From assembly GCA_042562495.1 (NCBI GenBank), contig JBHPMC010000005.1, positions 1-61,019 on the forward strand: a stretch of 61,019 nt of DNA. Direction: 5' to 3'. The translations under genes and the position numbers were made by a program. The notes under the pieces are model-generated. The model worked only from the letters and a program-made list of their open reading frames with translations. It was not told where the DNA came from and searched no databases. This document shows, in pieces, positions 35,937 through 45,331 of the stretch. This DNA is from Candidatus Margulisiibacteriota bacterium (lineage in GTDB: Bacteria; Margulisbacteria; Termititenacia; CAZZFK01). The stretch's first letter is position 1, and every line of letters starts with the position of its first letter.

Positions 35937-37223
35937 ATGAAAATACCAGAATTATTAATTCCGGCCGGGAATTTGGAAAAATTACGTACTGCCATACGTT
36001 TTGGTGCAGATGCGGTCTATATCGGCGGAGCTGAATTCAGCTTACGTACAGCAGATACCGGATTTACCATTGAAGAAGTTGAGATCGGGGTGCGGTTTGC
36101 TCACGAGCGCGGAGCTAGGGTATATTTAGCTTTAAATATATTCCCCTCGGATTCTGATATTGATGAAATGATGAAGTATCTGGAAAAGACAGTGCGTCTG
36201 GGAATTGATGCGATCATTATTTCTGACCCGGGATTGCTCAACGAGATCCAGCAGAGAAGCTGGGGAATAAAGATACATTTAAGCACCCAGGCCAATACCA
36301 CTAATGCAAAAGCCGTTCAATTCTGGGCCAATGAGGGAGTAGAGAGGATCGTCCTGGCTCGTGAATTAAATCTATTACAAATAGCTGATATTAAAGAAAA
36401 AGTTCCTCAAGTAGAGATCGAAGCCTTTATTCATGGAGCAATGTGTATGGCCTATTCCGGTCGCTGTCTTTTAAGCAAACAATTTACCGGGAGGGAAGCC
36501 AATCGAGGGGAATGTGCGCATCCTTGCCGCTGGAAATATTATTTGACCGAAGCAGAAGATAAGGATAGGCAATTGGAAATTGAGACAAATCCTCGAGGAA
36601 CATATATTTTAAATGCTAAGGACCTGTGTATGATCGAACATATTCCAGCGCTGGTCAAAACAGGTATGGATTCCTTTAAAGTGGAAGGCAGGATGAAATC
36701 TCCTTACTATGTAGCAATTGTGACCAAGATCTATCGCCAGGCGATCGATCTCTATTGTTATGATCCCGAAAATTATGTCTTTAATCCTAAGTGGCTGAGC
36801 GAGCTGGAGAAGATCAGCCATCGGCCATATAGCACCGGTTTTTATATGGGCAAAGAAGAGCAGAGCGAGCGGATCGCCGTAGAAGAAAAACAATTCGAAA
36901 CATCTTCAGCCTATATCAAAAAGTATGATTTTGTAGGAACTGTTGTAGAATATGATTTTGTTAATAAGCGAATACTGGTCCAGGCCAGAAATCGTATTCG
37001 TCTCGGAGATAAGATCGAGATAATTGATCCGCATCGGGCCGAGATCCTGCCTGTAACAGTTGAAAAGATCGAGGCAGCAGAAGGCGAAGAATTAAAAGAA
37101 GCACATAATCAATATACGGTTTTCATAAATTGTCCTTTTGAAGTTACGGAATATTCCTTATTGCGTGTGCCTAAGCCTGAAGTGAAACATATTGTTGGAG
37201 TAGATCAAGATGGTACTAAATAA
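35937..37223 (+). CDS. Peptidase U32 family protein
   Basis: 'PELLIPAGNLEKLRTAIRFGADAVYIGG..FSLR', 'IHLSTQAN', 'ELNLLQIADIK', 'EAFIHGAMCMAYSGRCLLS' and a C-terminal beta-barrel extension. Confidence 0.85.
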   Translation: MKIPELLIPAGNLEKLRTAIRFGADAVYIGGAEFSLRTADTGFTIEEVEIGVRFAHERGARVYLALNIFPSDSDIDEMMKYLEKTVRLGIDAIIISDPGLLNEIQQRSWGIKIHLSTQANTTNAKAVQFWANEGVERIVLARELNLLQIADIKEKVPQVEIEAFIHGAMCMAYSGRCLLSKQFTGREANRGECAHPCRWKYYLTEAEDKDRQLEIETNPRGTYILNAKDLCMIEHIPALVKTGMDSFKVEGRMKSPYYVAIVTKIYRQAIDLYCYDPENYVFNPKWLSELEKISHRPYSTGFYMGKEEQSERIAVEEKQFETSSAYIKKYDFVGTVVEYDFVNKRILVQARNRIRLGDKIEIIDPHRAEILPVTVEKIEAAEGEELKEAHNQYTVFINCPFEVTEYSLLRVPKPEVKHIVGVDQDGTK

Positions 37224-38490
37224 AATAAAAGAAAACAAAGAACAGATCTTGAAGGTGGCGGGGATATTGCTGGTGATCTTCTTGTTCTGGCTGATATTTT
37301 TCCCTGGTGTTGAAGATTTCTTGAATATGGGTCCTCCGGATATGAAGAGGATAGAGGTCGAGGATGTTAAAGTCGTCGGTTATAACAAAGGTAACCGGAC
37401 CTGGAAGATCACTGCTCGCTATGTATGGGCGCCACGCAATACAGATCGAGCAACTCTTGAGTATATCAGCGATGGAGAAGCTTATGACGCTGGCCGAAAA
37501 GTTCTTATTAAACTGCAAGCTCGTAAGGTCGTAGCCAATTCTAATATCGAACAATTAACAGCCCAGGAGGGTGTGCGGGCCTACCTAATACGTAAAGGCA
37601 AAAAAGCCAGTGATCTTAAAGAGCGGATCTTGATCTGGGCAGAAGGTATGGTCTATTCCGGCTTGGATAAAAAATCTCAGGTCAAAGGTTCTATCCGAGT
37701 ACAGCAAAAAGATGCGGGTGTTTATGCAGATAAAGCACAAATAGATCATGATCAAGACCTGGTGATCTTCGAGGCTCCCTTTAAGATAATCCAAAAGAAT
37801 ATTTATCTGACCGCTGATAAGCTGGAAACTTTCCTGGACGAAGAACGTTTTATCCTAAACGGCGGAGCGAAGATCATTCGTAAAAAAGAAAAGATCACCA
37901 CTAAAGATGTAGATAAACGGGATATATTGTTCAGGAAAGAGGATCTGCAGATAAATGCCGATAAGATCGATTTTATTTCAGCGAACGATAAAGCCATAGC
38001 CGATATTGAGGGGCGGATAGTGGTAGTGCAGCCCGGGAAAAAAGCTTTTGGTGATGAAGGGCACTATGATGAGCAAAAAGATTATGTTGAATTACGTAAG
38101 GCGCCGGAGGGCGCCAAGCAGGCGGGAATGATCTTGGATAAGACCGATTGGCTGGTAGACGAAGCTACTCTTAAAGAGCTAAAAAATCCTAAGACCAGGG
38201 AGACTTTTTCAAAGCAAACTACTATCTTGGCGGATAAGATCAAGATGAATATTGATAAAAAAGATGCTTATGCCACTGGCCAGGTGAAGGTCAAACAAAA
38301 AGGTAAGCTAGCTTATGCGGATAAGGCATACTATAAAGAAGATGATGAGAATATACGCCTAAAAGGATCGGTCCGTTTTCAAAGAAAAGATGGGACTTGG
38401 CTGGATGCTGATGAAGCCTTAGTTTCTCTAAAAGATAATACTTTTAAAGCTGTTGGCGAAGTAGAGACCAATATTATCCTAGAAAAATAA
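37210..38490 (+). CDS. Membrane-anchored OstA/LptC-LptA-like repeat protein (putative)
   Basis: N-terminal TM 'VAGILLVIFLFWLIFFPG'. Recurrent 'ADK(A/I/L)xx...(D/N)xxxLxGxV' beta-jellyroll-like segments follow, for example 'VYADKAQIDHDQDLVIFEA', 'LTADKLETFLDEERFILNGGAKI', 'INADKIDFISAND', 'AYADKAYYKEDDENIRLKGSVRF'. The 3' end overlaps the convergent rodA by 12 nt. Confidence 0.45.
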   Translation: MVLNKIKENKEQILKVAGILLVIFLFWLIFFPGVEDFLNMGPPDMKRIEVEDVKVVGYNKGNRTWKITARYVWAPRNTDRATLEYISDGEAYDAGRKVLIKLQARKVVANSNIEQLTAQEGVRAYLIRKGKKASDLKERILIWAEGMVYSGLDKKSQVKGSIRVQQKDAGVYADKAQIDHDQDLVIFEAPFKIIQKNIYLTADKLETFLDEERFILNGGAKIIRKKEKITTKDVDKRDILFRKEDLQINADKIDFISANDKAIADIEGRIVVVQPGKKAFGDEGHYDEQKDYVELRKAPEGAKQAGMILDKTDWLVDEATLKELKNPKTRETFSKQTTILADKIKMNIDKKDAYATGQVKVKQKGKLAYADKAYYKEDDENIRLKGSVRFQRKDGTWLDADEALVSLKDNTFKAVGEVETNIILEK

Positions 38491-39741
38491 TTTTTTTCTG
38501 TGGATCACGATAGATTCAAGTATCCCGATAGAGATAAGTGAAATAATGAAAGATGAACCACCGGCACTTAAGAAAGGCAAGGGGATGCCGGCAACCGGGA
38601 AAAGACCGATGGTCATCCCGATGTTCAAGACGATCTGAAAAGCAAAGAAAGTCACGATGCCGGCAGCCAACAGGCTGCCGAATCCATCCTGAGCATTTAC
38701 AGCGATCTGTATGCCTCTAAATAAGATATAGCCAAAGAGGCCCAGGATCAAAAGTGTTCCCAGGAGCCCGAATTCTTCACCGATCACGGTAAAGATGAAA
38801 TCGGTATGGTGTTCGGGAATATAATGCAGATGGGTCAAAGGCCCCTGCAAAAATCCCTGGCCTGTCAATTTTCCGGAACCGATAGCAATAACTGATTTTG
38901 CAGCATGATAGCGTGTGCCTTGAGCAAGTGGATCTAAAGCAGGATTTAAAAAAGAAAGCAGGCGCTGTTGCTGATAAAATTTTAAGGAGTTCCAGATAGA
39001 AGGTGAGGAGATGCCAGCTAGAATGTTCATACTCCAAAAGATCGCAGTATCAAATAAGTTTATTTTTTGAGAATGCAGGATATATAAAAGCAGCAGCAGA
39101 TATATGCCCCAAAGTACCCAGGGGATCACCGGGATGATGTGCAGGATAAAAATACTGAGTAGTGGGGAGAGGATAAAAAATAAGAGCAATGGTTTTGCTC
39201 CGGCCCAATAGCTTAGGCCGAGGAAGATGGCCAGAAAAATAAAAGCTGTGCCCAGATCAGGTTGTTTAAATACCAGCATAAAAGGCAAGAAGGTCAAAAT
39301 AAGGGCAGGGAAAATATCCGCCAGTGTGGCCAATTCTCCTTTATGTTTGGTGAAATATTTAGCTAGAATAAAGATCAAGCTAATTTTGGCCAGCTCGGAA
39401 GGCTGAAAGCTTAAGGGGCCAATATATAACCAACGTGCAACTCCGGTAATATTTTGCCCGGTGTTCATGGCTATCAATAGCAGAGCTAAGGAAAAGAAAT
39501 AGATCAGCTCAGCATAATTTCCTAGAAAGTGATAATCAAAATAAGCAAATCCAAATAATAGTAACGTTCCTAAGGAGATAGCCAGGATCTGTTTTAAAAG
39601 AAAAGCAAGCGATGCTGTTTCATCCACGAATTGATCGAAAGTTGCGCTGTAGAGCACGAACAAGCCGAAAATCACTAAGGCAGTGATGCTCAGGAGGAGT
39701 TTGGTGTCAAAACGTTTAAATAATCTTAGGAGCATGCTCAT
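38479..39741 (-). CDS. rodA: SEDS-family peptidoglycan polymerase RodA
   Basis: Polytopic protein with 'QPSELAKI', 'KQPDLGTAFIF', 'HTDFIFTVIGEEFG' and 'GLFPVAGIPLPFLSAGGSS'. It lies immediately downstream of mrdA. Confidence 0.9.
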   Translation of the reverse strand: MSMLLRLFKRFDTKLLLSITALVIFGLFVLYSATFDQFVDETASLAFLLKQILAISLGTLLLFGFAYFDYHFLGNYAELIYFFSLALLLIAMNTGQNITGVARWLYIGPLSFQPSELAKISLIFILAKYFTKHKGELATLADIFPALILTFLPFMLVFKQPDLGTAFIFLAIFLGLSYWAGAKPLLLFFILSPLLSIFILHIIPVIPWVLWGIYLLLLLYILHSQKINLFDTAIFWSMNILAGISSPSIWNSLKFYQQQRLLSFLNPALDPLAQGTRYHAAKSVIAIGSGKLTGQGFLQGPLTHLHYIPEHHTDFIFTVIGEEFGLLGTLLILGLFGYILFRGIQIAVNAQDGFGSLLAAGIVTFFAFQIVLNIGMTIGLFPVAGIPLPFLSAGGSSFIISLISIGILESIVIHRKKLFF

Positions 39742-39743
39742 TT

Positions 39744-41483
39744 TTAACTCTGCTTTCTGTTTTTATGCCACCATTTTATTAGTTCTCTGGCGATGGGAGC
39801 GGCAGTCGACCCGCCATGTCCGCTACCTTCTAAAAAGACCACTACAGCAAGTTCGGGCGTCTGATAAGGAGCATAGCAGGTGAACCAGGCATGTGGTTTT
39901 TTGCGAGGAGGATCTTCGGCAGTTCCGGTTTTTCCGGCAATAGCTATTTGATCAGTTAAGGCTGCTTTGCCTGTTCCCCGCAAGACTGTATAACGCATCG
40001 CTTCACGTAAGATATTCAAATTACTCGCCTTAAAGGATAGCCGACTAATTTCATAGGGCTCATTAGCTAGTAATGTTTGCTCCTTATTATTGACCACTTT
40101 TTTGCAGAGAAAAGGCCGATAAACAATATTGGAGCTGTTGGCGATACCGGCGATAAGCAAAGCCATTTGCAGGGGTGTGGCCTGAATATAGCCTTGGCCG
40201 ATCGCGGCATTCATTGAATCGCCGGGGAACCAAGGTTTGCGATATTTTTCTAATTTCCATTCTTCAGAAGGAATTAATCCTGAGCTTTCTAAAGGAATAT
40301 CAATGCCGGTCGGGGAACCCAATCCATAAGAAACTGCGTATTTATTGATATTGTCTATCCCTAAACGCAAGCCGAGGTGATAAAAGACCACATCACAAGA
40401 ATTAACGATCGCATCAAAAAAAGATAATTGATTATGAGTGGTCCAGCACAAAGCTTTACGTCGTCCGAATTGAAAAAATCCGCGGCAGAAAAATTGCTTG
40501 GCGACCGAGGTCAATCTTTCCTCTAAAGCTGCCAGGGCGGTCACTAATTTGAAAGTGGAGCCCGGAGGGTAGGCAGTTATTGCTCGGTTGTGAAAGGGGT
40601 CCTGGCTTTTGGTGATCAATTTCTGCCAGCTTCTTTTTGTTAAAGCTCCCGCAAACAGATTGGGATCAAAGCCAGGCTTACTGACCAAAGTTAAAACTTC
40701 CCCGGAATTAACATCGAGCACTATTACCGCTCCATTGTAATTGGTCATTAATTGTTCGGCTTTCTTCTGCATGGCGGCATCCAGCGTTAAGTATATTTCT
40801 TTGCCGGGGATAGGCAGAAGCGATTGCGTACGTTTGATCGGCCGGCCCTGAGCATCAACTTCTATATGTTGGCCGCCACCGATACCTCGCAACCAGATAT
40901 CGTAGGTCTTTTCTATACCGGAGAGCCCGATAATATCTCCCAAGCGTAATCTTTTGTTTTTTTGATCGATCAATTCTTGTCTGGAGACCTCTCCCACATG
41001 GCCTAAGACATGTGCGGCAAATGGGCCCTTTGGGTAGTAACGAATAGTTTTATTGCCGATACTTACACCGGGCAATTCATCTTTTTCTTCTTCGATCAGG
41101 GCGATCAAAGGAAAAGGGGCATAATCCTTGATGAGTACCGGCTCAAAAAAATATTTGCTCTTATTGATCTTGCTATTGATCTTTTCCAGTGGGATCCCGG
41201 TGATCTGAGCTAATTTGGCCAGGCTCTTTTCTTTGTTCTTCAGCTCAGAAGGCATGACATATATAGCATAAGCTGGTCGGTTAGTAGCCAGGATCTCTCC
41301 ATAGCGATCGTAAATTATACCTCTAGGCGCTGTTGAAGGAATAAGCCGAGCCCTGATCTCTGCTGAAGTTTGCCGATAACCGCTGCCTTTAAAAAGCTGT
41401 AGGTAGATCAGGCGTGTACTTAAGATCAGCCAAAAGATCAGGAAAAGCAAAGCAAAAAATTGTTCTTGCCTGTTCTTATTCAT
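39744..41483 (-). CDS. mrdA: Penicillin-binding protein 2 (elongasome transpeptidase)
   Basis: 'RGIIYDRYGEILATN' in the dimerisation domain. Transpeptidase motifs are 'GSTFK' (SxxK) and 'GKTGTA' (KTG). It lies between mreD and rodA. Confidence 0.9.
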   Translation of the reverse strand: MNKNRQEQFFALLFLIFWLILSTRLIYLQLFKGSGYRQTSAEIRARLIPSTAPRGIIYDRYGEILATNRPAYAIYVMPSELKNKEKSLAKLAQITGIPLEKINSKINKSKYFFEPVLIKDYAPFPLIALIEEEKDELPGVSIGNKTIRYYPKGPFAAHVLGHVGEVSRQELIDQKNKRLRLGDIIGLSGIEKTYDIWLRGIGGGQHIEVDAQGRPIKRTQSLLPIPGKEIYLTLDAAMQKKAEQLMTNYNGAVIVLDVNSGEVLTLVSKPGFDPNLFAGALTKRSWQKLITKSQDPFHNRAITAYPPGSTFKLVTALAALEERLTSVAKQFFCRGFFQFGRRKALCWTTHNQLSFFDAIVNSCDVVFYHLGLRLGIDNINKYAVSYGLGSPTGIDIPLESSGLIPSEEWKLEKYRKPWFPGDSMNAAIGQGYIQATPLQMALLIAGIANSSNIVYRPFLCKKVVNNKEQTLLANEPYEISRLSFKASNLNILREAMRYTVLRGTGKAALTDQIAIAGKTGTAEDPPRKKPHAWFTCYAPYQTPELAVVVFLEGSGHGGSTAAPIARELIKWWHKNRKQS

Positions 41484-41982
41484 TGTTCCTTAGTCCTAGG
41501 CCTGATCTAAATAAAGGAAATAAGATATAAGCGACCAGGCCGTTTAGCAAAGAATTAAAAAGAGGGATCTCCCAGGGTAAGTAATAAGCTTCCTTGCTGA
41601 AGAAGGCACTTAAAGTCCAATAAATAAAATAGAGTAGCCAAGTGCCCAGCAGGCAACTTAGGGCAGAAAGAGCTTTTAGATTATTGAATAAATTGCTTTT
41701 TAAAAGCCCAAAGAACACGCCGAACAATAACCAAACGGAGAAAGATAATAAAAAGTGCTGGTCCAAAAGGCCGAGCGTTATTCCGATTAATCCTCCGCTA
41801 AAACCACCCCAAAAAGGGCCTTTAAGGATTCCTGTTAAGCAGATCAGGATCAGGATCAAGTTGGGGTAGGAGCCCCAGAGGGCAAAGCGAGGCAGCCAAG
41901 TGGATTGTATTAGCAATGCAAGGCAGCCAAGAACAATAATAAATATAAAAGTTAGTAGAGGATTATTTTTCCTCATAAACAA
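41476..41982 (-). CDS. mreD: Rod shape-determining protein MreD (by position and topology)
   Basis: 168-aa polytopic membrane protein overlapping both mreC and mrdA. No strong sequence motif. Confidence 0.6.
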   Translation of the reverse strand: MFMRKNNPLLTFIFIIVLGCLALLIQSTWLPRFALWGSYPNLILILICLTGILKGPFWGGFSGGLIGITLGLLDQHFLLSFSVWLLFGVFFGLLKSNLFNNLKALSALSCLLGTWLLYFIYWTLSAFFSKEAYYLPWEIPLFNSLLNGLVAYILFPLFRSGLGLRNNE

Positions 41983-42745
41983 TTCTTTTTCTTCCGGTCA
42001 GGATAAAAACATAATGTAATTTGGAAAAATTCACTGCCGGGCTCACTTCTACTTTCTGGAAGACATTGTATTTTTCTTTTTTAACTTTAGTTATCATGCC
42101 CACCAGCAGGCCTTTTGGGAAAATATTGCTTATTCCGGAGGTGATTATCCTGTCCTCTTTTTTCACAGTCGCAGTATTTGCTATATAATTTAGTTTTAAA
42201 GGATGATGCAGGCGGCCCTGAGCTATTCCCAGGTCCCTGGATTCCAGATCCATAATGCTGATCCTGCTTTGTGGGGCTGTGATCGTTAAGACCTTGCAAT
42301 AATTAGGACCAACCTCGACAATTTTACCTACCAAGCCTTCCTCGTTGATAACAGGCAGATTCTTCTTTAGGCCTGCTGCTGAGCCACGGTTCAAAGTAAG
42401 ATATGAGAACCAGTTTTCCGGGCTGCGGCCGATAACTTCTGCAGGAATTAGTAAGTATCTTGAACGAGTTCTTAGGCGGAGCATTTTTCTTAATTGTCTG
42501 TTATCCATTTCTAAAGAATTGATAATATGCTGGGTAGTTTTCCATTGTAGCTGTTCCTTTTTTAGGTCAGCTTGTTTATCCTTGATCTTGGTGATCGTCA
42601 AAAAAGTATCCCCGCTGTTTTCCAGGACCTTTTCCAGGTCCACGGTTTTTTGCTGAAGATAGGCCACGAAATTAGAAGCATAGGGAGGAAGTGTTTTGGA
42701 AGGAATTGAACGAATTCCCCATAATAATAGGAAAAAAACTATCAA
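41963..42745 (-). CDS. mreC: Rod shape-determining protein MreC (true start probably upstream, see findings)
   Basis: N-terminal TM, coiled coil 'LKKEQLQWKTTQHIINSLEMDNRQLRKML', then beta-barrel domains 'VINEEGLVGKIVEVGPNYCKVLTI' and 'ITSGISNIFPKGLLVGMI'. Confidence 0.8.
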   Translation of the reverse strand: MIVFFLLLWGIRSIPSKTLPPYASNFVAYLQQKTVDLEKVLENSGDTFLTITKIKDKQADLKKEQLQWKTTQHIINSLEMDNRQLRKMLRLRTRSRYLLIPAEVIGRSPENWFSYLTLNRGSAAGLKKNLPVINEEGLVGKIVEVGPNYCKVLTITAPQSRISIMDLESRDLGIAQGRLHHPLKLNYIANTATVKKEDRIITSGISNIFPKGLLVGMITKVKKEKYNVFQKVEVSPAVNFSKLHYVFILTGRKRIVYEEK

Positions 42746-42813
42746 CCAGACGATAAAAATGCTGAATCTTTTAAATATAGGCTGCTCCTTGCGGAGTAAT
42801 ATAGCTAATATTC

Positions 42814-45234
42814 ATGGGGGAGGCAATAGAGCAGAAAAGTGGGAATATGGTCTTTTTTGAACGATATCTAACAAGAAAAGGTAACAATATGTTTACAAAT
42901 ATAAAAGCTTATACTGAAGCAATATTTAATTTAGATATACCTGATTATGTGTATTCAGAAAATGCCCAACAGAGGCTTGAGATATGCTACATAGTAAAAC
43001 TTTATGAAGATCATGAAAAGTTCATTTTCACAGAATTCTGTAAATATAATGAGCTGAAAGGCAAGGAAGTTGATTTTAAAGCTGTTGTAAAAGAGATCTT
43101 CAATAAGGGAGCCAGATTAAGGATAACTACCGAAAGAACTGCCCTGGAGTATTCCAGAAGAATACTCCTTAGATTGATCAACAGTTCTTATGCCAGGATC
43201 ATCAAGGGTACGGAAGCGCACCCTGAATCGTTCGTTCTTTTAGTGCCGGAACAAGCTAGGCAATTTGAACAAGTCGGCAAGACAAATAAATTAAGGGAAT
43301 TATTCACAAGTGCGATAAGAGAGGTCCAAAGCGAGCTTGAGAATAAAGGCTGGCGATTTCCTACTTTTGAAGACGTTATGGCTAAAGTGAAATTCCATGA
43401 CAAAGATAATCTGTTGGCGACAATATCTCCAGAAAAATTCTTTAGTAAAATAGAGGCAAAAGATTTTAATGAGGGTTTTATTGAAAATAATATTTCTGCA
43501 GAAGATCTGATTGAAATAAAGTTCGAAGATAGAGTTAATTCAATAATATTCCTTACCGGAGATTTTTTAAAAGAGTTGCTGCACGATGTGCTTACCTACA
43601 ATGTTTCTGAATATGTTCGTATGCATGATATGCAAGTAATTATTTCGAGAAAATTTAGGGATCTGAACAGGAAGGCCCCTCCGATAGAATCAGTATTTGC
43701 GGATATGTTCAGCAATGATTCTTTTGACTGGATAAATACATTTTATAAGATCATGAAAGATGAAAAAGAAGAGATCCGTCTTAAGAACGAATTAAACGTT
43801 CAAATCCACAGGTTCATGTTACAGGTGGCGTCACTTTTATACTACTACGCCCTAACAAAGAGAGAGGCTCTGCGTCAGGCTAAAGAAGAGCACGACAGGA
43901 TCAAGAAGGAAATAGAGCTTAAGATGATCCGGAAGTTCGATAAGCTTTGGAACATCAGTGAGCTCAGTGAAGAGATCAATAAGCTTGGTAAATTAAAGAA
44001 TGATTATACACAGACAGAAGCAGAAGAATATATTCAAGAAGTAAATTCTGGATCGACCTATGAAAATAGATGGCCAAAAGTTATCGTGATCCCGCAGGAT
44101 AGGGATCGTTTTTATGTACACAAATATCGGCTGACCCTTACTTTTTTTCGATTATTGAAGGTGGAAAGGAAAGCTTTTCTTAATGAATATATCAAAAAAT
44201 GGTCAAAGAATCCGGAGCATATTCCGAGCAGTAATGAGCTCTTAGATAAATATATTGGTGAGAATATGAGCGGGGAGTTTAAATATTTACTAACTGTTGT
44301 AATTCCTCAAATATTTGCTCTGCAGGATGTTAGGTCTTATTTGCGGCCAAACCAGATGGGCGTTCTGCCCAGTGAAATAAAGAAAGCGGGACCAGATCTG
44401 GATAATAAGCAAAAATTAGACAGCGATTATTCTCTCTTTTTTAAGACACTTTATGATAAAAAAGATACAGCACACATAAAAGCTCTTAACAGTATTTATG
44501 GTTTAAGCATTCATGAGGTACATACTCGTGTGGAAGAAAGAAGGAAGCTGGATATCCCTCTTTATTCTAGAAGTACTTTCTGGTATGCGATATTTGGGTG
44601 GCTGGTCTGTAGATCTGATATAAGAGAAAAGGTAGATAATGCTTCGGCCAGCGCAGATCCTTTAACGAGTCTTAGTGAACTTGAAGAAAAGTATCTGAAA
44701 ACTAATTATTGGCTGCGACCAAGTGCAAGAGATTACTTGAAAGAACATATCTTAATTGCAAAACACCCGATAAAAGCACTAAGAAAACAAGCAAGTATTA
44801 AGAGTGATGCAGATGAAAAACGTGCTAAAGATGAAGAAGCGTTGAAAAAAAGGATAAAAGCACAAACTGTTTTAGACCACTTTTTACCGGGATCAGGCAA
44901 TACAAATACAAAAATTGAGAAGTATTTAATAAAGTATGCGCATGATGCCTTTAGGAAGTTAGGAGATACCAGAGAAAATGCCATTACAGATGTAAATTCA
45001 GCGATGGATTCAAAATTAATGAAAAAAGGCAGAAAATTCTTGAATATTAATGATATTGAGACACAAGCAAATTCCTATGTGGCACATAATCAAAAACTAT
45101 TTGTCACACTAGGAGATATAGCAGCCATGCAAAGCTATATTGAGATATATATTCTTGATTATTATGTATGGGTGATGCGCGGCAAAAAAGACAAACCTAT
45201 AGCAAAACGTCTTGAAAAATTAAAAAAACTATAA
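42814..45234 (+). CDS. Large orphan protein (806 aa) encoded opposite to, and between, mreB and mreC
   Basis: Uninterrupted 2.4-kb ORF, K/E/I/L/Y-rich and helical-looking. No TM, signal peptide or catalytic motif recognised. Several candidate ATG starts at 42814, 42847 and 42889. Confidence 0.6.
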   Translation: MGEAIEQKSGNMVFFERYLTRKGNNMFTNIKAYTEAIFNLDIPDYVYSENAQQRLEICYIVKLYEDHEKFIFTEFCKYNELKGKEVDFKAVVKEIFNKGARLRITTERTALEYSRRILLRLINSSYARIIKGTEAHPESFVLLVPEQARQFEQVGKTNKLRELFTSAIREVQSELENKGWRFPTFEDVMAKVKFHDKDNLLATISPEKFFSKIEAKDFNEGFIENNISAEDLIEIKFEDRVNSIIFLTGDFLKELLHDVLTYNVSEYVRMHDMQVIISRKFRDLNRKAPPIESVFADMFSNDSFDWINTFYKIMKDEKEEIRLKNELNVQIHRFMLQVASLLYYYALTKREALRQAKEEHDRIKKEIELKMIRKFDKLWNISELSEEINKLGKLKNDYTQTEAEEYIQEVNSGSTYENRWPKVIVIPQDRDRFYVHKYRLTLTFFRLLKVERKAFLNEYIKKWSKNPEHIPSSNELLDKYIGENMSGEFKYLLTVVIPQIFALQDVRSYLRPNQMGVLPSEIKKAGPDLDNKQKLDSDYSLFFKTLYDKKDTAHIKALNSIYGLSIHEVHTRVEERRKLDIPLYSRSTFWYAIFGWLVCRSDIREKVDNASASADPLTSLSELEEKYLKTNYWLRPSARDYLKEHILIAKHPIKALRKQASIKSDADEKRAKDEEALKKRIKAQTVLDHFLPGSGNTNTKIEKYLIKYAHDAFRKLGDTRENAITDVNSAMDSKLMKKGRKFLNINDIETQANSYVAHNQKLFVTLGDIAAMQSYIEIYILDYYVWVMRGKKDKPIAKRLEKLKKL

Positions 45235-45331
45235 AAATCCAGCATATCTTTCTCGTAAGATGATATATAAGTTCATTAGAATAGCTTTTGTGCTAAGGCA
45301 CTCAAGTTGCTACTCACGAACTATTTAAGAT

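Noticed and set aside
38479-38490. A 12-nt overlap of the convergent 3' ends of the OstA/LptC-like gene and rodA.
   Set aside because: Short convergent overlaps are common in compact genomes, and no associated structure or repeat was seen. It is noted only in the feature evidence.
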